Source: an uncultured Synergistaceae bacterium
GTDB lineage: Bacteria > Synergistota > Synergistia > Synergistales > Dethiosulfovibrionaceae
DNA length: 52,463 bases
Direction of reading: 5' to 3'
Assembly (NCBI GenBank): GCA_964575405.1
Contig: CAZNRB010000001.1
Location: forward strand, 1-52,463
Position numbers and translations under genes: made by a program. The notes under the pieces are model-generated. The model was not told the DNA's origin, ran no database searches, and was given only the letters and a program-made list of their open reading frames with translations. Below are positions 39,690-50,278 of this stretch, piece after piece. Position 1 is the stretch's first letter. Each line of letters begins with the position of its first letter.

Positions 39690-41129
39690 TCATGCTGTAG
39701 AAGTCGCTTCCAGTATAAAATGGTCCAATTCCTTAATAATCATGTCTCCCAGCACACAAATATCGCCAGCACCCTCAATTAGAACCAAATCGCCAGGTTT
39801 CAGCAGCGAGAGAGTCCTTTCCACCGCTTCCGCTTTATCCTGGACGACGCAACAGTGTCCTTTGCCCAGGTTCTGGATTCGATGATATATCATCTCCGAT
39901 GAAACTCCTTGTATTTGTTGTTCGTCGGCGGCGTAAATTGGCAGAAGGATCACTTCTGACGCTTCCGAAAGCTCCTTGGCAAACTGGTCGCAGAGAGCCG
40001 CGGTGCGGGAGTATCGATGGGGCTGAAAGATCAGCAAGGTCCTTCGATGGGGAAACATCAGCTTAAGGGCTTTCAGGGTCGCCTTAATTTCCATGGGATG
40101 GTGCCCATAATCGTCATAGAGCAGGATGTCGCCGTATCGAGCCTTAAACTGCAGACGCCGCTTCGCCCCACGAAAACTCCTTAACGACTGCTTCATCTGT
40201 TCAAAGGGAATTTTCAACAGCGTCGCCGCGGTACAGGCCGCCAACGAATCCAGAACATTGTGCTCTCCCGACACCGACAATTCTATAGTACCGATCCGTG
40301 AACCATCTATATGAAGAGAATAACGGACTCCCCCGCCGGGCAAATACTCCAGATCGGATGCAGAAAAATAGGCCTCAGGATTCAAGCCGTAGGTCACCAC
40401 GGAACGACGCTCTTGAACCGTCATCTTTTTAAGGATAGCTTGAACTCCCCCATCGTCAAGACACAGGATCTTTCGGCCCTCTGGCTTGGTATTATCCAAA
40501 AAACGGGCAAAGGCGTCCTTTACCGAGGCGATGGAGGGATAATAGTTCACGTGATCCCAATCGACGTTGGTTACCACCGAGTAAAGGGGGTGAAAAAACT
40601 CGAAAGACCCGTCGCTTTCGTCGAGCTCCGCCACCATGTGGGGTCCCCGTCCAATTTTTGCATTACAGTTAATATCGCAGAGTTCGCCGCCAATTGCCAC
40701 GGTGGGATCCATTCCGGCCTGTTCCAGGATCAAACTGATCATCGATGTGGTAGTGGTCTTCCCATGGGTGCCAGCGACGCCGATCCCGTCCTTGGAATCG
40801 AAGAGAGAGCTCAGCAGCTCTGCTCTCTGAAGCACCGGAATTCCGCGCCGTTTAGCCTCTGCAAGCTCTGGATTGTTGGTAGGGATGGCGCTGCTATAGG
40901 CCAGCAGATCCACCTGAAAGCTGTCCAAATGGGAGGGATCGTGACCGACGAGGACAGGAATATCCACTTTTGCCAATTTTTCGGAGTAAGAGCTGTGTTC
41001 CATGTCGCATCCGCTGACCCGATAGCCAAGCTCATTAAAGAGCAAGGCAAGGCCACTCATGCCCGCTCCTCCGATACCCATTAAATGGATGCTCTTTATT
41101 TTTTCAAGATCCAGACCCTTGTGATCCAA
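39690..41129 (-). CDS. murC: UDP-N-acetylmuramate--L-alanine ligase
   Basis: IHLMGIGGAGMSGLA Rossmann start and Mur ligase P-loop GVAGTHGKTTTTSM. Overlaps the murG end by 26 nt. Confidence 0.95.
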   Translation of the reverse strand: MDHKGLDLEKIKSIHLMGIGGAGMSGLALLFNELGYRVSGCDMEHSSYSEKLAKVDIPVLVGHDPSHLDSFQVDLLAYSSAIPTNNPELAEAKRRGIPVLQRAELLSSLFDSKDGIGVAGTHGKTTTTSMISLILEQAGMDPTVAIGGELCDINCNAKIGRGPHMVAELDESDGSFEFFHPLYSVVTNVDWDHVNYYPSIASVKDAFARFLDNTKPEGRKILCLDDGGVQAILKKMTVQERRSVVTYGLNPEAYFSASDLEYLPGGGVRYSLHIDGSRIGTIELSVSGEHNVLDSLAACTAATLLKIPFEQMKQSLRSFRGAKRRLQFKARYGDILLYDDYGHHPMEIKATLKALKLMFPHRRTLLIFQPHRYSRTAALCDQFAKELSEASEVILLPIYAADEQQIQGVSSEMIYHRIQNLGKGHCCVVQDKAEAVERTLSLLKPGDLVLIEGAGDICVLGDMIIKELDHFILEATSTA

Positions 41130-42186
41130 AACGTTTTTCTCCCTTCAAAGCGACAGCGGTACGTTGGAGCATTGCCCAGAGCCGTTCTGAGCTGCCTCGG
41201 TTATCTTCGAGGGGCTTTTTGGGGACCGTCGCCGAAAAAAAAGCTGCTAAAAGATCCTCTGGAGAGGATTCTTCAGTCCAAAGCACAGCAGTCCCTCTTT
41301 TCACTGCATATTGGGCATTGCGCATCTGATGTCCCCCGGCGGATTCTTTCCAGGGTATCACCACAACTGGAACGGGGAAAAACTCCAGCTCAGCCAATGT
41401 AGCGGCGCCAGCCCGACATATAATCAAGTCCGCCGCACAGTAGACCGCGCTCATGTCCCAACAGGGGCTGTGAAAAACAGCATTCGAAAAAGGAAGCTCT
41501 TTGGGATCAGCTCCCATAAAAAGCATTTTCCAATTGTTAAATTCTACCACAGGGAGCAAGGATTGAAGAGTCTTTGCCAGACCTTTACTGCCTAAAGATC
41601 CACCTAAAACAATTGCCAGTTTTTCTCCCTCAGCCAAAGGCTCCCCTAAAAGCTCTTTTTGCGCCTCTTCGCGACGAAGGGGGCGAAAATCCCGCAGCGG
41701 CATGCCGGTCCAGTGACGCTTTTCTTCGGGAATGCCGTCACATTTCTGCCATGCCGAAGCCACTGGAACCCCTAAAAAGGAAGCAAGCCTGGTGATTTTT
41801 CCGGCACTGGTGTTCTGCTCATGGATGACCAACGGAATGGCTCGAATTTTTGCGGCCATGAGCACCGGCAGGGACAGATAGCCTCCAAAAATAACGCACC
41901 GGTCCACCTGTTCTTTTTTCAGTACAGGTAGACAGGCCCTCAAGGAGGTCCACAGATCTTTCCAACGTTTTAGCGATTTTATTCCACTAACTCCCAGGGG
42001 CGAGCCTTCCAGAGGGAGCGTCAATGCACTAATTCCATGGGCTTCTGTGATCTCTCGTTCCAAGGGTCGAGAGCCCGTCATCCAAATAACGGAGTGGCCT
42101 TGCCTTTGTAGCCATCGTCCAAAGGCAATAGCCGGAATAATGTGACCGCCTGTTCCCCCTGCGGCCAGAAGGACAGTTAAAGCCAT
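41104..42186 (-). CDS. murG: UDP-N-acetylglucosamine--lipid I transferase MurG
   Basis: AAGGTGGHIIPA G-loop and C-terminal GAATLAELE. Confidence 0.93.
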   Translation of the reverse strand: MALTVLLAAGGTGGHIIPAIAFGRWLQRQGHSVIWMTGSRPLEREITEAHGISALTLPLEGSPLGVSGIKSLKRWKDLWTSLRACLPVLKKEQVDRCVIFGGYLSLPVLMAAKIRAIPLVIHEQNTSAGKITRLASFLGVPVASAWQKCDGIPEEKRHWTGMPLRDFRPLRREEAQKELLGEPLAEGEKLAIVLGGSLGSKGLAKTLQSLLPVVEFNNWKMLFMGADPKELPFSNAVFHSPCWDMSAVYCAADLIICRAGAATLAELEFFPVPVVVIPWKESAGGHQMRNAQYAVKRGTAVLWTEESSPEDLLAAFFSATVPKKPLEDNRGSSERLWAMLQRTAVALKGEKRFGSQGSGS

Positions 42187-43256
42187 TCCTCTATTTCCTC
42201 CTCAGAAGTCTCTTCTCTGGTCAGACGCAGCAGAATCCCGATGCGAATCCACATGAACAACAGCGATGTGCCTCCGTAACTGATAAAGGGCAAGGGCATC
42301 CCCGTCAGCGGTATCAATTCCATCACCCCGCCCAGGTTGATCAACAAGGGCAGAAGTATTGATATGCCGCATCCCCAGATCAGCGTCCTACGTCTCGGCG
42401 CTGCCGCACGATAGGAAGCCAGAACGCAGGCACTCCATATCACAAAAAGCAGAAACAGGGCGCCGGTGCCCCCGATGCCAAGCGCCTCGCCGATAGCCGG
42501 AAAAATGAAGTCGTTATGGACCTCCGGAAGAAATCCCTGACCTCGGTTCAAACCGATTCCTGTCAGTCCTCCGTTGGCAAAGGCTATCAAGCCTTGGATG
42601 AGTTGATAGCCGTCGCCCATGGGGTCAAGCCACGGGTTAAGCCACATGGTGACGCGCTCCATTCGGTAGGAGGCCGTAAGCGCGATAAATATCAGTGGGC
42701 CCCCCAGAGAAAGAGCCATCAGCAGAGGCAGTCCAAAGCCGTAACGGTCCACGAAAAGAGCTCCTGCCACTGATAAAATCAGCAAAGTGCCTCCAAAATC
42801 GGGTTGCTTCAGCAACAGCAACGCGAATGGAAGGACAAGACATAGGGTGACAGCCAGGGCGCCATAGCTCTTATCGATTCGATGATAAACCTTTGACAGG
42901 TGAATAATCAGGCTGAGGCTTATCAACTCCAACGGTTGGAAACTAACTGGTCCCAGACGCAGCCATCTAGAGGCGCCTTTGACGCTGACCGCCAGGGGAG
43001 ACCAAAGGGTCATGGCAGCCAGAACCAGAGCGAGGACACAAAGGACAGCGCTGAATTGTGTCCAAAAAGCAATTGGTACCTGGCTCACCGCCACGAAAAC
43101 GAAGAGCGACAGCAGCAGCCAAAGAACCTGTTTAAAGGCCGGAGAAGAGATAGTCCATCCCGTCATAGAGGCAATGGCCACTATCCCGAAAATAGATATG
43201 ATAAAGGGGATGATCCACAGTGCCGATAAAGAGCTGTGATCGTCAGCCATGGCCAT
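42177..43256 (-). CDS. ftsW: SEDS-family peptidoglycan glycosyltransferase FtsW
   Basis: Polytopic, with QPDFGG, LPEVHNDFIF and PLPFISYGGTS motifs. ATG 43256 shares one nt with the murD TGA. The track ORF extends 27 codons into murD. Confidence 0.9.
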   Translation of the reverse strand: MAMADDHSSLSALWIIPFIISIFGIVAIASMTGWTISSPAFKQVLWLLLSLFVFVAVSQVPIAFWTQFSAVLCVLALVLAAMTLWSPLAVSVKGASRWLRLGPVSFQPLELISLSLIIHLSKVYHRIDKSYGALAVTLCLVLPFALLLLKQPDFGGTLLILSVAGALFVDRYGFGLPLLMALSLGGPLIFIALTASYRMERVTMWLNPWLDPMGDGYQLIQGLIAFANGGLTGIGLNRGQGFLPEVHNDFIFPAIGEALGIGGTGALFLLFVIWSACVLASYRAAAPRRRTLIWGCGISILLPLLINLGGVMELIPLTGMPLPFISYGGTSLLFMWIRIGILLRLTREETSEEEIEEWL

Positions 43257-44569
43257 CAACGAAAGGCCGCCCGGACGAGCGACGCAAAATGATCCCCCCG
43301 CTCCTTGTAATTCCGGTACATGTCCCAGCTCGTGCAAGCTGGAGAAAGGAGAACCCTATCGCCAGGCCGGGCGATCTCTATAGCCTGCTTCACCGCTGCA
43401 TCCATCGATGGGACCATAAAAATAGGATCGTAACCGGCATTTGCCAGGCTTTCACGAATTCTCTCTGCTTCGCTGCCCAGCAGGATTGCTGCTCTGGCTT
43501 CCTCTTTCACCGTTTGAGCCAAGAGCTCGTAGGTCTCACCCTTTCCCTGGCCGCCTAGGATGATTATTTTAGGCCCTGCGATGCCCCGTAAAGCCGTAAC
43601 GGTAGAGGCCACGTTGGTGCCCTTGGAGTCGTCCACATAGCTGACATCCTGCCATGTCCCGACGAGCTGACAACGGTGCGGCAGTGGCTGAAAATCGGCC
43701 AACCCTGCGGAGGGATTGTGCTGAGGAAAGGTCAAAGCCACCGCAGCCGTCGCCATGGCGGCGTTCTCAAGGTTGTGACGGCCCATCAGCTTTAGCTGAT
43801 CTCTGCAAAACAGTTCTCGCCGGATTCTGCCGGACCGCAAGGCCACCTCTTGACTTTCCACATCGATAAAGTTCTCCTGCCCTGGCCCTAAGGTGCATAT
43901 GGATCGGATCTGAGGGACTAGATGGGCGTCCCCTGGCTGGACAATAGCCCAGCAGTTCCCTTGGGAAGCGTTAAAAATACGGCCTTTGGACTCAACGTAA
44001 TTTTCAAAACTGCTATGCCAGTCCAGATGATCTGGTGCCAAGTTAGTAAGAACCGCCGTGTCAGGCATAAAGGATCTGTTCCAGTACAACTGGAAACTGC
44101 TGAGTTCCATCACGATAGCGTCGCAGCTTTCGCCCGCGCAGTCCGCCAAGGGGGTGCCGATATTCCCCACCACCGACGTTTTAAGGCCGTTGGACCGAAG
44201 TATGTGGCCGATCAGCGCGGTGGTGGTGGTCTTCCCGTTGGTCCCCGTCACAGCGATAGTTTTCCCCTGGAGCTCCGATGCCAGGCAATCCAATTCACCT
44301 CGAACCACGATCCCCCGCTCCACGGCCATTTTCACCGCTTCTGATTGGGGCCCCACGCCTGAGCTCAGAACCATTAAATCACATTCGCAGCACCGCACGG
44401 TGTGGCCGCCCTCTTCCCAGGAAATGGCGGCCTCTCTGAAGCTGTCACGAGCCTCGGGCGCGATAGTTTTCATGTCAGAGACAAATACCTCTGCCCCTTG
44501 ACTCTTTGCCCAGAAAGCCAAGGCTTTACCGCTGACGCCTGCGCCGACGACGGTGATCTTCTCGGGCAT
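43256..44569 (-). CDS. murD: UDP-N-acetylmuramoylalanine--D-glutamate ligase
   Basis: VVGAGVSGKA N-terminus and P-loop VTGTNGKTTTT. Confidence 0.95.
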   Translation of the reverse strand: MPEKITVVGAGVSGKALAFWAKSQGAEVFVSDMKTIAPEARDSFREAAISWEEGGHTVRCCECDLMVLSSGVGPQSEAVKMAVERGIVVRGELDCLASELQGKTIAVTGTNGKTTTTALIGHILRSNGLKTSVVGNIGTPLADCAGESCDAIVMELSSFQLYWNRSFMPDTAVLTNLAPDHLDWHSSFENYVESKGRIFNASQGNCWAIVQPGDAHLVPQIRSICTLGPGQENFIDVESQEVALRSGRIRRELFCRDQLKLMGRHNLENAAMATAAVALTFPQHNPSAGLADFQPLPHRCQLVGTWQDVSYVDDSKGTNVASTVTALRGIAGPKIIILGGQGKGETYELLAQTVKEEARAAILLGSEAERIRESLANAGYDPIFMVPSMDAAVKQAIEIARPGDRVLLSPACTSWDMYRNYKERGDHFASLVRAAFR

Positions 44570-44581
44570 TGTAAGTACCTC

Positions 44582-45556
44582 CTAAATTGTAGTAAAAGTC
44601 TTCAGATATAGATAAATCGCCGCACAACACAGCGCGCCAGAGCCATGAACCAGCCAGAACCGAGCCACAATCCTATTTTCAGGCCATCCCAGCAGCTGAA
44701 AATGATGATGCAAAGGACTCATTAAAAAGACCCTTCGGCGAAAGCCGTAAATTGCTGCCAGCTGGATCAGCACCGACAGCATCTCGAGGCCAAAGCCGAA
44801 GCAGGCAGGGACAAGAATCAGCACTCCCTCGCCGGCAAAGGCACAGGAGGCCATGAGGCCTGCCAGATAGTGTGCTCCTGCATCGCCCATGAAGACCTCT
44901 GCGGGATGGATGTTGTGCCACAGAAAGGCCGCCGAAAGAGCAACGCCAACTGCGGCGCCACTAAAGGGCAAAGTGCCCTGAGGGCTCATCCACATCAACA
45001 TGGCAAAGCTTAAGACTGCGCATCCGCTAGCGAGGCCGTCCAGCCCATCGGTGATATTGACTGCGTTCTGAACTCCCACCGCGAAAAAAAGCGCCATCGG
45101 CCAGATCCATGGCCCAGCAGAAACGGCCATGCAGAGGGGAGGTATCAACCCGGCGCTATAGAGCTGGAAAAACCATAGCACCGTCACGGTGATCTGAAGA
45201 AAAAGCTTTTGAAGGCTCTTCAGGCCTTCACTGGAATTGCTCCTGAATTTCAACAGATCGTCCAAAAGGCCCACTGCCGCAGCCAAAAGCGGATAGGTCC
45301 AAAAGGCCATAGCTTTGCCGTCACCGTAGAGAATCGATGAAATCAGGAGTCCCGAGCCCATGAGCATGAACACGACGCCGCCCATGGAAGGAACTTTTTC
45401 CTTGATCTCCCTGTCCACTCCAGGGCCGTAGGCTTTCTGGACCTGTGAAATACGGGAGCGTTTCATCGCTGAAATCCAAGATCGCTGTGCGGCGATCTCG
45501 AGACAGAAGAGGATCACCGAGATCCATAGTACCGCGAAAATCGGCAGCCCGCTCAT
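44582..45556 (-). CDS. mraY: Phospho-N-acetylmuramoyl-pentapeptide transferase
   Basis: Polytopic, with KVPSMGG, NAVNITDGLDGLA and PLHHHF motifs. ATGA overlap with murF. Confidence 0.96.
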   Translation of the reverse strand: MSGLPIFAVLWISVILFCLEIAAQRSWISAMKRSRISQVQKAYGPGVDREIKEKVPSMGGVVFMLMGSGLLISSILYGDGKAMAFWTYPLLAAAVGLLDDLLKFRSNSSEGLKSLQKLFLQITVTVLWFFQLYSAGLIPPLCMAVSAGPWIWPMALFFAVGVQNAVNITDGLDGLASGCAVLSFAMLMWMSPQGTLPFSGAAVGVALSAAFLWHNIHPAEVFMGDAGAHYLAGLMASCAFAGEGVLILVPACFGFGLEMLSVLIQLAAIYGFRRRVFLMSPLHHHFQLLGWPENRIVARFWLVHGSGALCCAAIYLYLKTFTTI

Positions 45557-46929
45557 AGTTCCAAGGCCCTGACAACTTCTCCGAGATGGTTGCCCTGAGA
45601 TCCCTTGACCAATATCAGATCTCCTCGCTGGGGACGGGCTTTTTCAATGGCGTCAATGAGATCCCCCTGGCTTTGGTAAAGCAACTTTTCTGCTCCAGGA
45701 ATGCTGCGCCAGGCCGCGCCAAAGAGAAAGATAAGAGCGTCCATAGCCGAAGCTTGAGCGAAAAGTTTTTGATGCTCTTCCAAAGTGGCCTCTCCTAGTT
45801 CCAACATTTCTCCCAACACCAAAAAAACACGCCCTGGAAGGACCACCTCTGCTAGGTTTTGCAATGACGCAGCCATGGCTACCGGGCTGGCATTATAGCT
45901 CTCGTCGATAATTGCGGCACCGGATGAAGCTATAACAATTTTTCCCCGTCCAGCCAAGGGGCGGCAGCGATCTATTTCTCCCGCGGCTTCTTGAGTGGTG
46001 AGCCCGCAGAGGCCAGCCAGAGCTATGGCACAGCACAGCGGGTATAATTGATGGATTCCCGCCAACGGCAGCGACAGAGAAAAAGAAATGCCATCCATGC
46101 CGGTCACTACGGCTTTTACTTGAAAATGGTCGCCCATCCAGGACGACCGGGCATTTCTGAAGGATACGACGCCTTTAGAGCCAAAGGGCTGCACTACTTC
46201 CCCCGCCAGTGAACGGGTTGCCGCCATAAGGGGGGCGTTATCACCATTTACCACCGCCGATTTGAGCAACGGAGACTCTAAAATCTCACACTTAGCCCTG
46301 ATAATGCCCTCTAAGGACCCAAAGCCTTCGATATGGACCGGCGATGCCTCCGTAATGGCCACCAGCGTGGGCTCATAATAGCGCACCATTTCGGCTATTT
46401 CGCCCTGGTGGTTCGCGCCCATTTCCAATATGAGGATTTCAGTGTCGTCGCCGGCAGCCAAAAGGGCCATAGCACAGCCGATCAGGGTGTTATAGTTGCC
46501 TTGGGCGCAACTGCACCGGTACTTTTTTTGCAGAAGCTGATAAAGATCGTTTTTTGCGGTGGTCTTGCCCACGCTGCCAGTAATAGCCACCACTTCTTTG
46601 AGGTTGGGCAGTTTTTTTCTTCGGGCTGCGGCTAGAGAAGCCAGGCCGTGAGAGCTGTCGCCTTTGACCAGAAGGAACGTGCGGTCGGGCCAACGTCGTA
46701 TAGTCTCTGGAGAGACCTTATCCTCTTCGGCGATAATTACAGAAGCTCCCAAAGCTAGGACCTCGTCGATGTATCTATGGCCGTCTACTCGAGTCCCAGG
46801 GACGGCCACAAAAGCCTCACCAGGGAGGATCTGGCGGCTGTCGGCCTTGACGATCAGCGGCAACGCGGGATCGGATCCTATAAGTTTTGCGTCGTTCCAC
46901 GCGGCGAGATCGCTGAGATTCACCGGCAA
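45553..46929 (-). CDS. murF: UDP-N-acetylmuramoyl-tripeptide--D-alanyl-D-alanine ligase
   Basis: DSRQILPGEAFVA and P-loop ITGSVGKTT. TTG 46929 comes from the track. GTG 46923 (GTGA overlap with the murE stop) is equally plausible. Confidence 0.9.
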   Translation of the reverse strand: MPVNLSDLAAWNDAKLIGSDPALPLIVKADSRQILPGEAFVAVPGTRVDGHRYIDEVLALGASVIIAEEDKVSPETIRRWPDRTFLLVKGDSSHGLASLAAARRKKLPNLKEVVAITGSVGKTTAKNDLYQLLQKKYRCSCAQGNYNTLIGCAMALLAAGDDTEILILEMGANHQGEIAEMVRYYEPTLVAITEASPVHIEGFGSLEGIIRAKCEILESPLLKSAVVNGDNAPLMAATRSLAGEVVQPFGSKGVVSFRNARSSWMGDHFQVKAVVTGMDGISFSLSLPLAGIHQLYPLCCAIALAGLCGLTTQEAAGEIDRCRPLAGRGKIVIASSGAAIIDESYNASPVAMAASLQNLAEVVLPGRVFLVLGEMLELGEATLEEHQKLFAQASAMDALIFLFGAAWRSIPGAEKLLYQSQGDLIDAIEKARPQRGDLILVKGSQGNHLGEVVRALEL

Positions 46930-48419
46930 GTCACTCCCCTCTCTCTAGCCCAGTGGAGAACCGTTTCTTTATCGCTGTAGGGATATTTGACGCCTTGTAT
47001 TTCCAAATAGGGCTCAGGACCTTTGCCCGACAGCACTAAGAGATCGCCTTCTTCGCATCGTTCCAGGGCTTGAAAAATCGCCTGATCTCTGGGCATCGCG
47101 ATCCGATAGGGAGTTTTTTTTTGGCAACCGTCGATACCGGCGGCAATTTCCCTGGCAATCAGGACCGGATCTTCTGTCCTGGGGTTGTCCATAGTGACAA
47201 AGACCTCGTCGGCCCATTGTGCGGCAGCCTGTCCTAACAGAGGACGGTGGCCTTTGAAACGATCGCCACCGTGGCCGAAGAGGCTGATAAGCCTTCCCGG
47301 CACTAAAGGCCGCAGGGCCCCCAGGAGTTTTTCCAAGGCTTCAGGCGTGTGTGCGTAATCGATGATCACCTTGGCTCCAGTGCCCAGGGTCAGCCGTTCC
47401 ATTCTGCCTGGCACTTGGGGCATAGACTGGAGGCCTTGAAGGATTGCTGTAGGTCCCAGCTTCAACGCCAGGGCCAGGGCCGTCGCCCCCAGTGCATTAG
47501 CGACGTTAAAGGCACCAGACAAAGGAATTTGGGCCCTTCCCAGAGGAAGGCCGTCGAGAACCAACGAAAAGGCCGACCAGTCCAATTTAGTTTGGAGGTC
47601 CTGTGCCCTCAGCCGCGCTTTTTCGCTGAATCCCCAGGTCATGGCCTGGGGAAAAGACTCCGCCAATCGCCGGCCATAAGGATCATCCACGTTAAGCGCC
47701 AAGACTCCGTCCGTTTTCATGAAATCCTTGAAAAGGCGCGACTTTGCCTGGAAGTAGCTCTCCATATCGCCGTGATAGTCCAGATGTTCTGGCGTGAGGT
47801 TTGTAAATATAGCGCCGTCGAAAAGGCATCCGTTCAGGCGCCCCTGGACAAGGCCATGGGAAGAGCACTCCATAGCGCAGGCGCCACAGCCGTTAGAGAC
47901 CATGCTGGCCAAAAAAAACTGGATTTCGACGCTTTCAGGCGTCGTCCGATCCGCTAGTTCAGATCTGAGGCCGTCATCGTAGACCACTGTCCCCAGAAGG
48001 CCGCACTTCACCCCGCAGCTCTGCAAGATGCTTCTGACCATGTAGCTAGTGGTGCTTTTTCCGTTGGTACCCGTCACCCCGAGCATCGTCAGGCGTCCGG
48101 CGGGAAAACCCATCAAAACAGAAGCGCAAAACCCCGTGGCCTTGCGCACGTCGGAGACTTGAATCCAGGGCACAGCGCTGGATTCGGGAGGACGTTGAAC
48201 CAACAGTCCCGAGATCCCCAGATCTTCGGCCTTCTCGATCATACAGTGTCCGTCAAAATGGGCTCCGGCCACACAGGCGAAGAGATCGCCCCGTTGGAGC
48301 TGCCGGGAGTCCTGAACTATTCGCCCCGATCCCAGCCAGTCCTCCCAAGGGCCTCCAGCTGCGATGAAAAGGCCTGAGCTCTTCATTTCTGTCAGGATCT
48401 CCTCTATTCTGCGATCCAT
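46920..48419 (-). CDS. murE: UDP-N-acetylmuramoyl-L-alanyl-D-glutamate--2,6-diaminopimelate (or L-lysine) ligase
   Basis: DSRQLQRGDLFAC and P-loop GVTGTNGKSTT. AGGAGGAAG RBS. The amino-acid specificity was not determined. Confidence 0.94.
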   Translation of the reverse strand: MDRRIEEILTEMKSSGLFIAAGGPWEDWLGSGRIVQDSRQLQRGDLFACVAGAHFDGHCMIEKAEDLGISGLLVQRPPESSAVPWIQVSDVRKATGFCASVLMGFPAGRLTMLGVTGTNGKSTTSYMVRSILQSCGVKCGLLGTVVYDDGLRSELADRTTPESVEIQFFLASMVSNGCGACAMECSSHGLVQGRLNGCLFDGAIFTNLTPEHLDYHGDMESYFQAKSRLFKDFMKTDGVLALNVDDPYGRRLAESFPQAMTWGFSEKARLRAQDLQTKLDWSAFSLVLDGLPLGRAQIPLSGAFNVANALGATALALALKLGPTAILQGLQSMPQVPGRMERLTLGTGAKVIIDYAHTPEALEKLLGALRPLVPGRLISLFGHGGDRFKGHRPLLGQAAAQWADEVFVTMDNPRTEDPVLIAREIAAGIDGCQKKTPYRIAMPRDQAIFQALERCEEGDLLVLSGKGPEPYLEIQGVKYPYSDKETVLHWARERGVTCR

Positions 48420-48440
48420 GGTCTTCCTCCTAAAAGGCTT

Positions 48441-50138
48441 TTATATCCTCGCCATAGCCCCATGAAGCCGTTCCACTTCTTCCACGATGTCCTTGAACAG
48501 CGGAGCGGCCACCTGACTGCCGTAGTACCTTTCTCCAGCCACATCGCCCACCAACACGAGCATGGTGTATGCAGGGTTATCGGCTGGCCAAAAGCCCACC
48601 ATCGAAGCGTGATAACGACCCTTTATGTATTTGCCCCCTTCGGCAATCTGGGCAGTCCCTGTTTTGCCAGCCACAGTGACTACCGAAGTATCAGCAGGCT
48701 TGCCCGTGCCCTGCTCCACCACTCTGCGAAGCACCGACCTGAGCCATCGGGCGGAGTTGCTTGAAAGGACCTGAGCTACTACTTCGCGATTGGCTTGAAA
48801 GACAGTTCGCCCTTCCCCGTCTATAGCCCTCTCTACAATATAGGGGCGGAGCAACAGTCCACCGTTCGCTATGGCGTTAAAAGCCACCGTTAGCTGCAGC
48901 GGCGTCAGAGCAAAGCCCTGGCCGATAGCTATGTTGGCCGGAACAACACCATACCAGCGTTCAGGTGATAACAACAGCCCCTCTTCTTCGCCGTTTAATA
49001 ATATACCAGTTTTCTTCCCCAAGCCCCAAAATTGCATATCCTCGTAGGCTTCATAGGAGTTAAAGCGCAATCCTATCTGAGCCATGCCGACGTTAGAAGA
49101 GCGCTCGATTATCTCCGACACCGTAAGCATGCCGTTATCCCTGGGATGGGAGTCGCTCATATAGACGTCGGCTATTTTCAGCCTGGCAGGACAGCGGAAT
49201 TTCTCCCTAGTGTTCAACAGGCCTCGATCCAGCGCTATACCCGCGATAATGGGCTTAAAGGTGGAGCCAGGCTCATAAACTCTGTTGATAGCGTTGTTGC
49301 TGAGCGACTTTGGATCTCCAAAGGTACGGCGATCGTTGGGATCAAAGGCTGGCCAGCTAGCCATGGCCGCGACGGCTCCAGTCTGGCTGTCCAGACAGAC
49401 CACCGCCCCCCACTGTCCGTGGGCTGCCTCCACGGCCGGACCGAGAAAGCGCTCCACCGCGTATTGGATGTCCGAATCTATGGTCAGATGGAGCCCCCGT
49501 TCCGAGAGATTTCTGGGCTCGCTCTCCGGCAGAGACAGCGGCGAAGCCCCACGGTAGTGGACCTTCATTCGTTCTGGAACAAAAAGAACGTTATTCCATA
49601 TTAACTCAATTCCAGCTAATCCCCAACCGTCCTGATCGCAATATCCCAACACGTGGGATAAAATACTGCCCTTTGGATAGGTCCGTTTCCGTTCCTCTCG
49701 AATATAAAAACCCTTTCCGCCGGCGTTGACGATTTTTTGGGCCTCCTCCAGCGAAAGGTAACGCTGGATCCAGTAAAATCTTCTCGTCAAATTCTGGGAC
49801 CTTAACTCCTGCACCTTTTTCTCTCCTATAAGGGGAACCAGAGCGTCGAGACGGTCCTTTTCCCAGCCTTCTACGCCAGGATCTAAGAATACGCTGTAGG
49901 CCGGCACGGACAAAGCCAGCGGATCGCCCCTGCGATCGAAGACGGTGCCTCGATCCATAGAGAGCCTCTCTAGCTGGCGATACTGGCTTGCCAATTGTTG
50001 GACGATTCGCCGGTCCGGAAAAAGGTGGACTTGGATGATTGACGCAAAATAGACGGCCAGAACCGCAAAAAGCAACGTCCATTGCACTGTCTGCGACCTG
50101 GTCATTTCGGTGTTTTTTCGTTCTTCTTTTCTCATCAT
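48441..50138 (-). CDS. ftsI: Class B penicillin-binding protein (septal transpeptidase FtsI type)
   Basis: N-terminal TM and PBP dimerisation domain, then SxxK (GSTFKP), SxN (SSN) and KTG (KTGTAQ) motifs. Confidence 0.9.
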   Translation of the reverse strand: MMRKEERKNTEMTRSQTVQWTLLFAVLAVYFASIIQVHLFPDRRIVQQLASQYRQLERLSMDRGTVFDRRGDPLALSVPAYSVFLDPGVEGWEKDRLDALVPLIGEKKVQELRSQNLTRRFYWIQRYLSLEEAQKIVNAGGKGFYIREERKRTYPKGSILSHVLGYCDQDGWGLAGIELIWNNVLFVPERMKVHYRGASPLSLPESEPRNLSERGLHLTIDSDIQYAVERFLGPAVEAAHGQWGAVVCLDSQTGAVAAMASWPAFDPNDRRTFGDPKSLSNNAINRVYEPGSTFKPIIAGIALDRGLLNTREKFRCPARLKIADVYMSDSHPRDNGMLTVSEIIERSSNVGMAQIGLRFNSYEAYEDMQFWGLGKKTGILLNGEEEGLLLSPERWYGVVPANIAIGQGFALTPLQLTVAFNAIANGGLLLRPYIVERAIDGEGRTVFQANREVVAQVLSSNSARWLRSVLRRVVEQGTGKPADTSVVTVAGKTGTAQIAEGGKYIKGRYHASMVGFWPADNPAYTMLVLVGDVAGERYYGSQVAAPLFKDIVEEVERLHGAMARI

Positions 50139-50249
50139 AGCCAGCCCTATCCCGACAAAACAGACAGGACCCTTTCAAGAGGCCAGGCGGACGCCACTTT
50201 CCTAGCTTGGGCAGATCAGCGCTGGGACCTCTGAAACAAGTCCTGTAGT

Positions 50250-50278
50250 ATTATATCCTCTATGACGAAAAGCGACAA
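50250..50278 (-). promoter_or_regulatory. Internal dcw promoter-like element upstream of ftsI
   Basis: On the minus strand: TTGTCG (50278-50273), 17-nt spacer, TATAAT (50255-50250). Lies 18 nt after the ftsL stop and ~110 nt before the ftsI ATG. Confidence 0.45.

Noticed and set aside
47114-47122. Other homopolymers inside essential genes: T9/A9 in murE, and A8 runs in ruvC (7364-7371), ftsK (~14789) and murE (~47906).
   Set aside because: A/T runs of 8-9 within essential housekeeping genes are unlikely to act as switches. I flagged only the G9 tract in the LCP gene and the A15 promoter tract.
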